NCBI RefSeq assembly: GCF_018350175.1
Contig: NC_058368.1
Coordinates: 195,116,001 to 195,180,000, forward strand
Direction of reading: 5' to 3'
DNA: 64,000 bases
DNA from: Felis catus
Taxonomy: Eukaryota
Program-made: the position numbers and the translations under genes
The notes under the pieces: model-generated
Told to the model about the DNA's origin: nothing
The model's input: only the letters and a program-made list of their open reading frames with translations
Database searches by the model: none
Shown: in pieces, positions 38,352 through 51,030 of the stretch
Position numbering within the stretch: position 1 is the first letter of the stretch
Layout of the letters: every line of letters begins with the position of its first letter

Positions 38352-38570
38352 GGGAGCACCTGGGTGGCTCAGTCTGGTAAGTGTCGGACTCAGGTCATGA
38401 TCTCACAGGTCGTGGGTTCTAGCCCCGCATCGGGCTCTCTGCTGTCAGTGTGGAACCTGCTTTGGATCCTCTGTCTCCTTCTCTCTCTGCCCCTCCCCTG
38501 TGCACTCTTTTTCTCTCTCAAAAATAAATAAACAAACAAATAAATAAACAAATAAACAAACATTTTTTTA
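38352..38570 (+). mobile_element. Felid SINE
   Basis: gggagcacctgggtggctcag...ctcaaaaataaataaac. Confidence 0.9.
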
Positions 38571-38809
38571 AAAGGCACTCTGATTTTGGAAGGAGATAAT
38601 GACAGTTTACGTTCACAGAGCACATTTCAAAGTTCACACACGTTCATCGTGCTAGGTGATAGTTCCGGCTGGTATTCCAATTCTCTCGTTACAGAGCCCA
38701 AGAAGTGAATGGGCCACAGAGCTGGGTCTTCAGGTGCCAAGCCCAGAGTTGTTTTCACCCACACCCCCCCCGTCTTATTTGAAACTATTTTCAAATTACT
38801 ATACTAATA

Positions 38810-38812
<3 letters not shown>

Positions 38813-38852
<40 letters not shown>
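38813..38852. repeat. (AC)n microsatellite
   Basis: Direct reading. Confidence 0.95.
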
Positions 38853-38854
<2 letters not shown>

Positions 38855-39239
38855 ATGTCCTCAAGGGAAAGGCAGCAGCAGAAGGGCATAGGCATGAGTC
38901 AACCCAAGGCCCCAGGGAGGGCGGGGCAGGGCTGTACCCCTGCTGGCTGCCTCACAGTTCATCAGCCTTCAAGGCCCCCAGAATCCAGACTCTTTCAAGG
39001 CAGTGTTTCTATATTCTTCTACCTGCGTTCTCCCTATCGTTAAATCAAATCACTTAAAACAAAACAAACAAAATTAACATTTAAAGGAAGTTGTTTCATT
39101 ACCTTAGGTAGAAAATCAGTATCATCTACCATTACTAGAGATGAACCTTAAAGATAAATACAGTAAAAATATAAACACAGAGAAAAAAACAATGTTATGC
39201 AATTATGAATGTGTTCCATGCTTGAAGGATAGTTTGTTT

Positions 39240-39459
39240 CTTTTTCTTTCAAGTTTATTCATTTATTTTGAGAGAGAGAGAGAGACTGTGTGAGTGAGAG
39301 AGGGGCAGAGAAAGAGGGAGGGAGAGAGAGAATCCCAAGCAAACTCCATGTCAGTGCAGAGCCTGAGGTAGGGCTTGATCTCACGAACCTGTGTGATCAG
39401 GACCTGGGATGAAATCAAGATCATGACCGGATGCTTAACTGACTGAGCCACCCAGGTGC
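39240..39459 (-). mobile_element. Carnivore SINE
   Basis: tttattcatttattttgagagag...gactgagccacccaggtgc. Confidence 0.9.
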
Positions 39460-40407
39460 TTATTTCTTTCTTATTAAAAGAAAAGATCTAAGAGATTTCT
39501 CTTTGATAATCAGATGGCCCCAAAGAGAACTGAATAATAGCTCATTGAATGTTAATTGATGCCAAATCTGTAACTCTCCTAGAATCATCTCCTAGGCCAG
39601 AGTGGGGGTCTCCCTCCCTTTGGGCCATTCCTCTTTGCAGTAAAAAGAGTGTGGGTCCTTTGGAGACCATCTGAGTCCCCGGTAACAGAAGGCTCCTTCC
39701 TTCTGAGTATCTGCCTCCGAACTGGATTGAGCCCTTCTCGGGTAATGACCTAGCACTGAGCTCGTGTCCTGTCTGATGATAGTGGTCTCCACCTCATAGG
39801 TCCTTTCGTCTGACATCCCGGAAGCCAATAATGATAAACAGATGAATACTTTCAACTTAACTGCGAGGGGCCTGTTCTTCCCTGCTGCCTAGACTGCTCC
39901 TCTGTCCCCGGTCCCCTCTCAGTTGGAAGGGCTCCTGCTTCAAGGACACAACCCCTCTGTAAAGGGGTTCCCAGGTGTCCCCCATGTCAGGCTGTGCTGG
40001 GCTCCCCGGTGTAACGGTTTTGGCCACAGGACTGCAAGAGTTAGGCATGTCCAACAGGAAACAGAGAAATAAGGCACCTTGAGGAGGTAAAGGGGCCCCG
40101 GCCAGGGAGACAGGAGTCTAGTTTCCAGGCCACTGGTGTGAGCCGGACAAGGGTCTCCCCCTCTGGGGGTCCAGTCTCAGCTTCTAAACAGCGGGGGAGC
40201 GGGATGAAATGGTCTTTATCTTCAGAGCCTTTATCAGAGTCTGTGAGATCTCCCCTTCTTTCCTTGGGAACAGGCTGTCCTAGGGATGAGTAAGGCCCTG
40301 GGACCTTCGAGACCTCACAACCTGGTTTCCAGATGGTCCCCAGAGCCAGCGGGACCGGTTGTCTCCTGGCTGAGCCACAGCCCGCCAGGCCGCTGAGGAG
40401 GGTGAGG

Positions 40408-40421
40408 GCGCCCCCTGGCGG
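40408..40421 (-). promoter_or_regulatory. CTCF motif, reverse
   Basis: gcgccccctggcgg = reverse complement CCGCCAGGGGGCGC, in a locally CpG-retaining patch. Confidence 0.65.
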
Positions 40422-40575
40422 GACCTGGGAGAAAGGCTCTCGGAGCTGTGGGATGGGTCTGAACTGACTGCAGTGGCATCCAAGCCTTGTACAAGGACCC
40501 ATGGAAGGCATCTAGCCCAACCCCTCATTTTCCAAATGGGGAAGCTGAGGTTCACAGGTGTGAAAGACACTCTGT

Positions 40576-41194
40576 TGGGTAAAGTTTCCAGATAAAACAC
40601 AGGATTCCCAGTTAAACTTGTTTTCATATAAACAAGAATAATATTAGCATTTTTTTAACGTTTATTTATTTTTGAGAGACAGAGAAAGGAGCATGAGTGG
40701 GAGAGAGGCAAAGAGAGAGGAATACAAAGAATCCGAGGCTGTCAGCACAGAGCTCCAAGCAGGGCTTGAACCCATGAGCTGTGAGAGCATGACCTGAGCC
40801 GAAGCTGGAGGCTTAACTGACTGAGCCACCCAGGTGCCCAAAAACGAATAATTTAAAAAAATAATACATTTTCATTTATTTATTTTTGAGAGATGGAGAG
40901 GGAACAAGTGGGGGAGGGGCAGAGTAAAAAGGGGACAGAGGATCCGAACCGGGCTCCGTGCAGACAGCAGACAGCCTGATGTGGGGCTCGAACTCACAAA
41001 CCATGAGATCATGACCTGAGCTGAAGACCGCCGCTTAACCGACAGAGCCACCCAGGTGCCCCAATAATTTTTTTAATATAAGTATGTCCCATGCAACATT
41101 TAGGACATACTTCTACTAGAAAATTACTTGTTAGGTACTTGAACTTCAAGTGTAAACAGTGTCTTGTCTTTTCTTTTGCTCAGTCTGGCAACTC
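40576..41194. mobile_element. MER53-like hAT-Blackjack element interrupted by two minus-strand SINEs (~40650-40840 and ~40870-41062)
   Basis: ccagataaaacacaggattcccagttaaa...[SINE][SINE]...tataagtatgtcccatgcaacatttt aggacatact...tttgctcagtctggcaac. Confidence 0.75.
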
Positions 41195-41868
41195 GACTGC
41201 AAGTCCATCCACTGAGTTAATGTCTGAGCTCGGACTGCAGACCAGACATGGGTCAGGGCTCCTTCATCCCTGACTAACGTCTTTTGCTTGCAGCTCTGCC
41301 CAGCGTTCAGCAGGGGCATGGGACACGTCCGTTGACATTTTCTGGGAGAGAGCAAGTGGAAGGATATATGAATCTTGTCTTTGACGATCCCAGGAATGTT
41401 TTAAAGGTTCAGACAGAATGTTTCAAAGAGATGGGTCCTTCCCAATTCATGCTACCATCAAAAGCCCACCTTCAATGTTTTGGTAATAGAATTGCCTGAC
41501 CTCCCTGTCCTGGTCTGATTTACAAGGTTAGCGAGGAAAGAATCTGCACTGATAACTGGGATTCCTCAGTTATGCTTCTTGTGGTGAGCACTGAGTAGTG
41601 TATAGAATTGTCGAATCAGTATGTTATACACCTGAAACTAATATGACATTACCTATTAATTATACTTCAATTAGAAATAAATAAGTAAATAAGTGATTTG
41701 TTCCCCAGGTGCTTCTGATACATAGCAAAGATTGAGACCCCTGGGTTAGCTATAAGGAAGAAACGTAGCTGCTTAGATGGGGCAGGTTTTAACTGATATA
41801 TATCAGTAACTGCCCATCTTCATGATGCATAGGTGGAGGGGGCTGGGTTGTTAAAAAGCACATTCCCA

Positions 41869-42062
41869 GGGGGCATCTGGGTGGCTCAGTTAGTTGAGCG
41901 CCTGACTCTTGATTTCGGCTTGGGTCATGATTTTGTGGTTCACGGGATCGAGCCCTGCATCAGGCTCTGCGTTGATAGTGCAGAACCTACTTGGGATTCT
42001 CTCTCTGCCGCTCCCCCTGTGCACTGTCTCTCTCAAAATGAATAAATAAACTTAAAAAAAAA
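41869..42062 (+). mobile_element. Carnivore SINE within a MER5-like remnant
   Basis: ggggcatctgggtggctcag...aaataaacttaaaa; TSD-like aaaaagcac(a/t)ttcc. Confidence 0.88.
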
Positions 42063-42589
42063 AAGCACTTTCCTAGTCCTACTTCCAGAGATTCTCTTTG
42101 AGTAGATCCAGTCTGGGGCCCTGGAATCTTCCCTTTTGACCCGCACTCAGGTTCACGTGTATTTGTAATGTATTTGATTTGTTAAGAAACAAAAACAGAA
42201 CTGAAGCAAATATGGATGGGTGATAAAGTTCTTCAGACAGGAAGTATATGAATACAAACATTATTCTATTTGCTCTAACTTAAATATTTCACTGAAAATA
42301 CTTGTAAAACTTAGGAGCATTTTAGGGGTGATCTGTGATGTAGGTGGCAAGAGGGTGGACAGAGATGCCCGCTTCCAGATGCAGACTGGCTGCCCTCCAT
42401 GTCTAAGAGTTGCAGTCTGGGGGGAGATGAGCAGGGCTTCGTCCTGCAGGGTGGGAAAGATTCAGAGAAGCAGAGGTCAGCCTCACAGTCAGGAAGCAAG
42501 GAGTCTGAGCAAATGGGAGAGTAAGTGTCAGGCGACTAGGGCTGTGTCTTGTTCGTAGCCGGTGTCGATAAATGACCTCTCTTGCCCTA

Positions 42590-43042
42590 TCTCCTATCAC
42601 TACTCAGTCACTATACCTTAGCCGAAGGCCTTCTTTGTGTTCCTGAAGCATGCCAAGCTTTGCCGTGCCTCAGGGCCTTCGCACTTGCTGTGCCCTCTGT
42701 TGGAACTACCCTCTTTTCCCAGCTTTTCCTTAGTGACCGCCTCTTCGTCACTCTCAGGTCTCAGTTCAAATGTTACCTCCTCAGAGAGGCCTTTGCTCTC
42801 TACCCTTCTTACTCCCATGCTCTGTCCTTCATTTCGAGGATCACAATCTGTAATTATTGTCATATTTATTCATTTTTGCTGCCTGACACCCCCCAGCCTG
42901 ATGCAAAATGTAAGAAACATGAACACAGGGACCTGATCTCTTTTGCTCATCGCTATTGCCTCTCTCCCTGAGCACATCTCGTGGAACATGTTAAGTTCTC
43001 CCAGTCAATTATTTGTTGAATGAATGAATGAATGAATGAATG
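42590..43042 (+). mobile_element. L2 3' remnant
   Basis: cctcagggccttcgcacttgctgtgccctct...tcaggtctcagttcaaatgttacctcctcagagaggcc...atttgttgaatgaatgaatg. Confidence 0.8.
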
Positions 43043-43107
43043 GTGGGGCAAGGCCAAAATAGGGAAAGCCCTTGGAACAAGGGAAAAATGTAGGTAGACA
43101 TTGGAGT

Positions 43108-44812
43108 CTGAGAAAATACAGGGAAAAAGCTCCTTGACATTGGTCTTGGCAAAGATTTTTTAGATTTGACACCAAAAGTACAAGTGGCAAAGCCAAAAAT
43201 AGACAAGTGGGACTTCATCAAAGTAAAAAGCTTCTGCACAGCAAAAGAATCATCAATACGACAAGGCATCCTACAGAATGGTCGAAAATATTTGCAAACC
43301 ATCTAAGGTGTTAATATCCAAAATATATCAGGAACTCATACAACTCAATAGAAAAAATTTTTTTGACTTAAAAATGGACAAAAGGGGAGCCTGGTTAAGC
43401 ATCCGACTCTTGATCTCAGCTCAGGTCATGATCTCATGGTTTGTGAAATTGAGTTCTGCTCTGGGCTCTGTGCTGACATTGCAGAGCCTGCTTGGGATTC
43501 CCTCTCTCTCTCTCTCTCTCTCTCACCCTCTGCCCTTCCCCTACTCATGCACACCCTCTCTCTCTCTCTCAAATAAACAAATAAGCTTAAAAATTGTTTT
43601 AAATGGGCAAAGGACTTGAATAGACATTTTCCCAAGGAAGACGTTCAGATGTTCAACATGGAAAGGTGTTCAACATCACTCATCATCAGGGAAATGCAAA
43701 TCAAAATGATGGTGAGATATCGCCTCATGCCTGTCGGAATGGTTGTCATCAAAAGCACGAGAGATAAGAAGCCTTGGCGAGAATGTAAAGAACAGGGAAC
43801 CCTTGGGCACTGTGAGTGGGAATGTGATTAGCATTAGTGAGTGGGAATGGCATTAGCACAGCCACTGTGGAAAACAGTATGGGAATTCCTTGAAGAATTG
43901 AAAACAGAACTATCATATGATCCAGGCACTTCATTTCTGGGTGTACATATCTGAAGGAAATGAAAACACTATCCGGGGGCGCCTGGGTGGCTCAGTCGGT
44001 TAAGCGTCTGACTTCGGCTTAGGTCAAGATTTCGTGGTTCATGAGCCTTGCATCAGCCTCTGTGTTGACAGCTTGGAGCCTGGAGCCTGCTTCAGATTCT
44101 GTGTCTCCTCCTCTCTCTCTGCCCCTCCCCTGCCCATGCTCTGTCTCTCTCTATCTCTCAAGAATAAATAAACTTTAAAAAAAAATTTAAAAAAAAGGAA
44201 AACACTATTGCAAAGAAATATCTGCATCCCCATTTTCCTTGCAGCATTATAGACATAGACATAGAGACAACCTAAGTGTCCATCAGTGGGTGAACGGATA
44301 AATACAATGGAATATTATTCAGCCATAGAAAGAAGGAAGCCCTGCTCACTGTGACAACATGGATGGACCTTGAGGGCATTACGCTAAGTGAAATAAATCT
44401 GACAAAGAAAGAGCAACATTGTAGGTTCTCACTTATCTCTGGAATCTGAAAAGGCTAAATTCAAAGGAATAGAGTAGAATGGTGGTTGCCAGGGGCAGGG
44501 GAATGGGGGAAACGGGGAGATGTTGGTCAAAGGGTATAAATGCCAGGCTCTGTGATGAGTAAATTCTGGGGATCCGAGGCACGGTACAGTGACTATAATC
44601 AACAACACTGTGTGATATACTTGAAAGATACTAAGAGAGATCTTAAATGTTATCACCACACACACAACAGAGGGAATTCTGTGAGGGGATGGAAGTGTTG
44701 ATCAGCCTCATTGTAGTAAAGCATTTCTTAATGTATCAAATCATCACATTGTACCCCTTAAACTTACATATGTTGTTTGTCTATACTATTGCAATAAAGC
44801 TGGAAAAAAAAC
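43108..44812 (+). mobile_element. Older L1 (L1MA/L1_Carn-like) ORF2 end and 3'UTR, interrupted by two SINEs (~43384-43600 and ~43976-44198)
   Basis: Degenerate [12 protein letters not shown]...[12 protein letters not shown]; tacaatggaatattattcagcc; ends gcaataaagctggaaaaaaa. Confidence 0.88.
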
Positions 44813-44904
44813 ACACCAAACCAAACCTCCACATTTCCTACGTCTCCAATTTAGTAATATTTAGTTCTCCATCTGTTAAGTCTCCGGTCTCTTTTTTCCC
44901 CCCA

Positions 44905-45124
44905 AAGTTTATTTATTTTGAGAGAGAGAGTGAGAGAGCACGCAGGGGAGGGGTAGAGAGAGAGAGAGAGGGAGGGAGAGAATCCCAAGCAGGCTCTGCA
45001 CCATCAGTGCGGAGCCTGACCCGGGGCTCAAACCCACGAACCGTGAGATCGTGACCTGCGAGATCGTGACCTGAGCTGAAATCAAGAGTCGGTTGCTTAA
45101 CCGACGGAGCCACCCAGGTGCCCC
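44905..45124 (-). mobile_element. Carnivore SINE with internal 15-bp duplication (gagatcgtgacctg x2)
   Basis: tttatttattttgagagag...ggagccacccaggtgcccc. Confidence 0.9.
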
Positions 45125-45632
45125 GTCAGATCTCTTTGGTTGCATATTTGCCGAGGGACATGGCTACAAAAGCAGGCGGTGCAGGGAGGTCAGAATGGTG
45201 ACGGCATTAGTGCCACTGGGGACGTGACTTTCAGAGGCGGGGATGGACAAGCCTCCGTGAAGTTCAGAGAAAGCGAAGGGCCAGCATCCATCAACTCACA
45301 GGGTCACAGCACTTCAGTGTATCTTAAAGCAGAACGAAGCGAAACGACAACAAAACAAACAAAAGCCCGAACAGCTTTGCTCGCGTTTGCAAAGGCGAGC
45401 TAGATTCCGGGCTCAAATCCTTAGAAACAGGATTTCTCCATCCGTTCATTGAAGAGCCACGTGGGACGTGGGACAATTCCTCACGGTGCAGGACTCTCTT
45501 GGTCTCGGCCCCTGCCCTTTCAAAGGCCAGCTGTGCCCTCGTGACTGACCCCACAACTCCAAAAGGAACCCCGGCGACGATACACCACCGGGAGAACCTC
45601 TTTCTTGGACGCTTGCTGAGCGCTACCCGAGG

Positions 45633-45646
45633 CCAGCAGGGGGCGG
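45633..45646 (+). promoter_or_regulatory. CTCF motif, forward
   Basis: CCAGCAGGGGGCGG inside a CpG-rich segment. Confidence 0.65.
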
Positions 45647-46213
45647 CCTGACTCCAGAAATGAGCGCTCCTGGGCCGGCGGTGGACCTCAAAGGTTCGCA
45701 AGGAGCCCCCGGCCTGTCCTCTCTCAGGACCCTGAGGGGTCCGCTGCTCTGCCCCACTCCCCCATTGCACACCATTCTATAGGTGAGGGAAACTGAGTCT
45801 CAGAGGGGAAGAGGGATGGGAGATTTGTGCCGTGTCTACTTTGGTGGCACAGTCTGGAAAGGAATTCAAGAAGCAGAAACCCCAACCCCCACAATGTCAT
45901 CACCCCTGTGCTCTGAGAAACGTCATCGTCACCTCCCCAGTCCTCAGCCGTGGGACAGACACCAGGGACCTGAGCCCTCCTGTGCCCAAGGCTGGCTCCC
46001 GGGCCTAGCAAAGAAGGCAGTGTGCTAGAGGGGAAGGAGGGAAGCCAACGGACCTGGTCCTGGGTCCAACCCTGGCAGGAACCGCAATACCACACGATTC
46101 CCCTCTCTGAGCCCCCGACTTTCTTTTCCTAAGGAGAGTATTCCATACACGGCAAAACCCTACCAACCATAAAACTCCAAACTCTGCAGAAGGGTTTAAA
46201 ATGTCTCCTCCTC

Positions 46214-46278
46214 TTGGGATGAGCACTGGGTGTTGTATGGAAACTAATTTGACAATAAACTTCATATATTGGAAAAGA
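46214..46278 (+). mobile_element. 65-bp extreme 3' end of a young felid L1 with 16-bp TSD
   Basis: ttgggatgagcactgggtgttgtatggaaac...gacaataaac; TSD aaaatgtctcctcctc at 46198-46213 and 46279-46294. Confidence 0.88.
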
Positions 46279-46409
46279 AAAATGTCTCCTCCTCAGCTTC
46301 CATTTCATTTCCTAGAGTAAACAAATTGTTAATATTCCTCATATATCTTTCTGGAGAATATTATAATATGCAAAGATAGTTGTGTGTACATATATACTTT
46401 TAGAAAAGG

Positions 46410-46750
46410 TTTTATCTATTTATTTATTTTTAAATGTTTATTTATTATTGTTGAAGGAGAGAGAGAGAGAGAGACAAAGGGTGAATGGGGGAGGGACAGA
46501 GAGAGGGAAACAACAGAATCCGAAGCAGGCTCCAAGGCTCCACGCTGTCAGCACAGAGCCCAACGAGGGGTTCGAACTCACGAACCGTGAGATCATGACC
46601 TGAGCTGAAATCCAGAGTCAGACACTTAACTGACTGAGCCATCCAGGTGTCCCTAAAATTGTATCTATTTAGGGAATCTCTGCACCCATTGCAGGGCTCG
46701 AATTCACAACCCTGAGATCAAGAGTCGCATGGTCTCCCCACTGAGCCAGC
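46410..46750 (-). mobile_element. Felid SINE plus an adjacent short SINE
   Basis: aatgtttatttatt...ctgagccatccaggtgtccc; then gggctcgaattcacaaccctgagatcaagagtcgcatg. Confidence 0.85.
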
Positions 46751-49704
46751 AAAGCACACAGATTGGATTATACTCAACACTTTATTCTGTGTTTTGTTTT
46801 TTGATTTACAGTATCACCAATAATCTTTCCACAGCACTGATGTGTGTTTACCTCCTTCCTGCCCGTGCCTGTATACCACTCCATAACACAAATGTCCCAC
46901 AGTTAAATGCCCTTTCCCTCCAGTCCCAGGAGGGTGGAAAGTATGTGAGGCCTCCCCAGTTCCTGAGTCGCTGTGGGAACCTTCTGAGTCCTTCCCTGCC
47001 TGCCCATCCATTTTTCCCACCTGGTTTAGCAACTTCTGCCTTCCCTCCCAAGGGCTCCCATGCGGGTCTCTTGAGATAACATCTTGTGAAGGCCTTTGCC
47101 AAAAGCACGCCTTTTTCTGCCCCTGGAAGGAATTATTTTCACTTGTGCCGAAGAAGAGTCTCTGCAGGTACTTGTCACCCCTGCCAAGAAATCTGAGAGG
47201 CCCCGAATTCCTCAGTGCCTGGATCCCAGAATCGCTTCATCTGCCGGCTGCTCCCTTCCAAGGGGCACTGAGATGACGGAGTTACATGCTGCTTAAAGGC
47301 TTAGAGGGTGTCAGATGAAAGGGTTTGGGGGAAGTGGTGTTTACAGGGATCAGGGCAGACACACTGGAGGGGCCAGGGTCCCCCTTCCCTTCTCAAAGAT
47401 GTCAGAGGACTGGCATCATCCAACCCCCTGAGGAAGTCTCTCACCCTTTCCATCCCAAAGCCACTTAGCATCAGAACTGTTAGCCCCTGAAGGTTTGTGG
47501 GGACTGGGGAGGACGATGGGGGCTGCTTCACCTTGCACAATGCCAGGGGGCTCTGTTTACATTGACTATGCGGCGAATGGTACCCAGGAGAGGTACAAAG
47601 TGGTGCCGACGACCATACTACAGCAGCCAGCGTGATCTTTTTAAAATGTGAAAAAAAACAACTAATGATTTCTTGCTATGCCCCAAATAAAACCCATAAA
47701 TCTCTCTGCATGATCCAGTCTCATTTTCCTCTTAACTTGATGTCTACCATCACGCTGGCTCACTAAGTTGCAAACACATTGACCTTTCTGATCCCAAACG
47801 GGCTTGGGGGCCTTAGTTTCCACCTCAGGGCCTTTGCACGGGCTGCCTCCAGACCTTCCCAAGATTGGCTGCTTCTTGTTATTGAATGCCCTTCTTATTT
47901 TCAGACATGAGGTCTTTCTATTCACTTCCAACTTACATTCAAAGTCCCATCTGCCAGCTCTGCTCCTTTTGAACATGCCCTTTCTTTTTCCAGCAGCTGG
48001 CGGGGTAAGCTTGTATCCACGGAGTCAGCACAATGCCTGGCACCTTATGGACGTTCACAATTTCTTCCGAACAGACGTTGACTTGAATCAAGGCGGTTGG
48101 CAACACCCTTGAGCTGCAAAGTGCTATGCTTTATAGTTCCCAAGTAGCGAAGAGCAAAGAGTTAGGGTCGGAGGAAACTTAGTGTCCCCTGGTTTGAGAA
48201 GTTTTGAAAAAACAGAGAACTTCTCTTTGGGGTCGGCGCATGCTTTTAGCCCTCCCTGCCTGCACAGGCTTATAAATGACGGGGCTGGCAGGAAGGACCC
48301 AATCCAGCTCCATTACTGTAATAATGGGAAAGCTGAGACTTTCCCAAAGGAGAAGAAGACATTAGTAGTTGAGCTGAGACTAAGAACTTGGCTCCCCATC
48401 CTTCTGGGCCTGTGTACCCCAGTGTGTTCGTTGTCTAAATAAAAAATGAAGTGGGCAATGCACTTTGAGGGGCAGCCGATCTGCCCTGAGAAACCCATCA
48501 CAATGCTCGAAATTCCTAGCCGTTTGTCTTTCACCTGAGTCAGGGTAGTGTGTCTGAAGAAGGCTGCTATCAAAACAGAATACTTGATCGGAATCTCATC
48601 CCTTAGAAGGGATTGGTCTCTCAGGTAAGTCGATGTGGAACAGTGAAGAGTGGGACCCTGAGTGGGGAGAAAATCCCACGGGTGGTGGTGGCGGTGTTTG
48701 TTACAAAGGGGAAATTTGGGGGTCCAGGCTATGTCCAGGTACGGCACCCAAGCCGAACTCCTCCAATCTCACTTTGTCTCAGGCTGGCCTCGAATGTGAA
48801 CCACAGAGAACTGTTCAAATGCCAACAAACAAATGCAAGCAGCAAACAAAGGGCTGTTTGTGCCGGGGAGAACCAGTCCCACGGGTGGTTGTGGGTGTAG
48901 CGGAAAGCAAGGCTCAAGTTTTGGAACAGATGGCATTTAGAAAGCTGAGGAGAGCGAGGGTCACCTCCTTTCTCCCCACACCGCCCTGCCCATCGCCCCT
49001 GTGCCGCGGGGACGGTCTGCATCAGAGGCACCTCCCAGGGGGCTGGGACACACAATCTGAGCCCCCGTTCATTTGTCCGGCCCTCCTGGAGGGTGGGGTA
49101 AGGGACACCCGGGGGGTCTATCGCTAGTGCTTGGACAGCTGGAACAGGCAGAAAACAAGCAAGTTCAGCAAGACCCTGATATTCTAGCCTGAAAGCTCAG
49201 AACCGTCACACCCGGCTCCCTGCAGTCAACGACTAGCAACACCTACAAGAAACTCAATGGAGCAAAATAATGTCACCAGCAGAACTGGTCCTGAGCATCC
49301 CTTGGTTCTGTTGGCAAGTTGGTTCCATTCGACCTGCTTCTCCATGGAGGGAAATGAGGCCAGGAACTGCCTCCTGAGCTCAGTTTGAGGTTGGCTGAAG
49401 AGGCTTCCAAAGTGCAGAGAGTTTTTCCTTCTCCCCCTATTCTACGCTTATCTGTTCTTAAGGGCTCCCATAAACTTCCTTCCAGTCCACGGCAGCTTCT
49501 TTCCTTTGAACTCCGAAGGCTGTTTTCCACGCTGGGCTTCGCACAGGCAGGCCCATATCACCACTGGCTTACTGGGTGCCTGGCCTCTCCCCCCGACTCA
49601 TCCTCAAGCTCCTTAGAGCCATAGTGCTGAGCACACAACAGGGTACCCCGATAAAAGCCTGGAGCTGGGCGGAACTCGAGTCACCATGATGGTCCGCTCC
49701 CCTC

Positions 49705-49935
49705 ATGTTATAGACGCAGAAAAGTAGAACAGGAGTTGCCAGGGGCTGGGAGAAGGGGGCAAAAGGGACTTGTCGTCTCGTGGGTACAGAGCTTCAGTCC
49801 TGCAAGATGAAAAAGTTATGGAGACTGGCTGCGTCACAAGGTAAAATATACTTGTCGCTACTGAACTACACACTCAGAAATGGTAAAATGGAGACTTTTA
49901 TGTTACATTTTATCACACACTAAAGACAAAAAATG
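49705..49935 (+). mobile_element. L1MB-like 3' end
   Basis: aagtagaacaggagttgccaggggctggg...gggtacagagcttcagtcctgcaagatgaaaaagtt...ctgaactacacac. Confidence 0.75.
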
Positions 49936-50129
49936 AAACAAGTCCTCAAAGCTATTAAGTGACTTAGTGAATCGTGGATGCCTCCCAAGGGCAGGGATTT
50001 TTATCTGTTCTGTGCACTGCTGTGTCCCTTGCCCCTTGAAGGTGCACGGGGCACATGCTCAGTGCGCGTTTAGAGAGTAAGTGAACCGTAACCACTTTGC
50101 ATTGATACTTTATTCACAAACCCTTTGAA

Positions 50130-50438
50130 TTAATTAATTAATTAAGAGAGCGTGTGAGCAGAGGGAGGGGAGAAGGAGAGAAGTTGGGGGGTAGGGAGAG
50201 GGAGAGACCGTCGTAAGCGTGGAGCCCAACACGGGGGGGCTTGATCTCACGACCATGAGATCATGACCTGAGCTGAAATCAAGAGTTGGACACTTAACCA
50301 CCTGAGTCACCCAGGCGCCCTTTTTTTTTTTTTTAATTTTTATTTTTTAAGTAAACTCCACCTCCCAACATAGGCTCGAACTCATGACCCCAAGATCAGG
50401 AGTCACATGCTCTACCGACTGAGCCGGCCAGGTGCCCC
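50130..50438 (-). mobile_element. Two tandem minus-strand SINEs
   Basis: ...ctgagtcacccaggcgccc, then poly-T...ctgagccggccaggtgcccc. Confidence 0.85.
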
Positions 50439-50964
50439 ATTCGTGACTCCTTCAGGTGTGATGGTGATATAGCAACCACTGCTTGAAGGTCAAGCTAACC
50501 TCCAGAGGGTCCCACGGGACTTGCCCTTTCCCCTACTTCTTGCCACCAGCTGAATTGGCAGAGCAAGGGAGCCAACTACTCGTGGGCTCTGATAACCCAG
50601 AACCCATCCAGCGCCAGACCTCAGCAGCGCTCTTCTGGAGAACTTTAAGAGTCGTGTCTCACCCCACTCTCAGTCAATTCGCTCTATCAGACGTGGATAT
50701 GCGAAAACCTATCTGAAACCGGACGAAACAAAACAAATAACTATGTCCAAAGGGCACAATACTTCTCACTTCTGTGATGACTGTTTTGGCCGGACTCCTT
50801 CTCTTCCCTAACTTGCTTGGCTCTGAGAGCAGGAGCTGTGACTTGCCTTGTCCTGGCTTCTGCATTCTTACACAGCCCATTTCCATCTGCTTCACATCTA
50901 CTTACACCCACTTCCCCCCTTTTTGTACTTTATGTAAACTTTAAAAAAAAATTTTTTTAAGTAA

Positions 50965-50990
50965 AAAAATTTTTTTAAATGTTTATTGTT

Positions 50991-51030
<40 letters not shown>

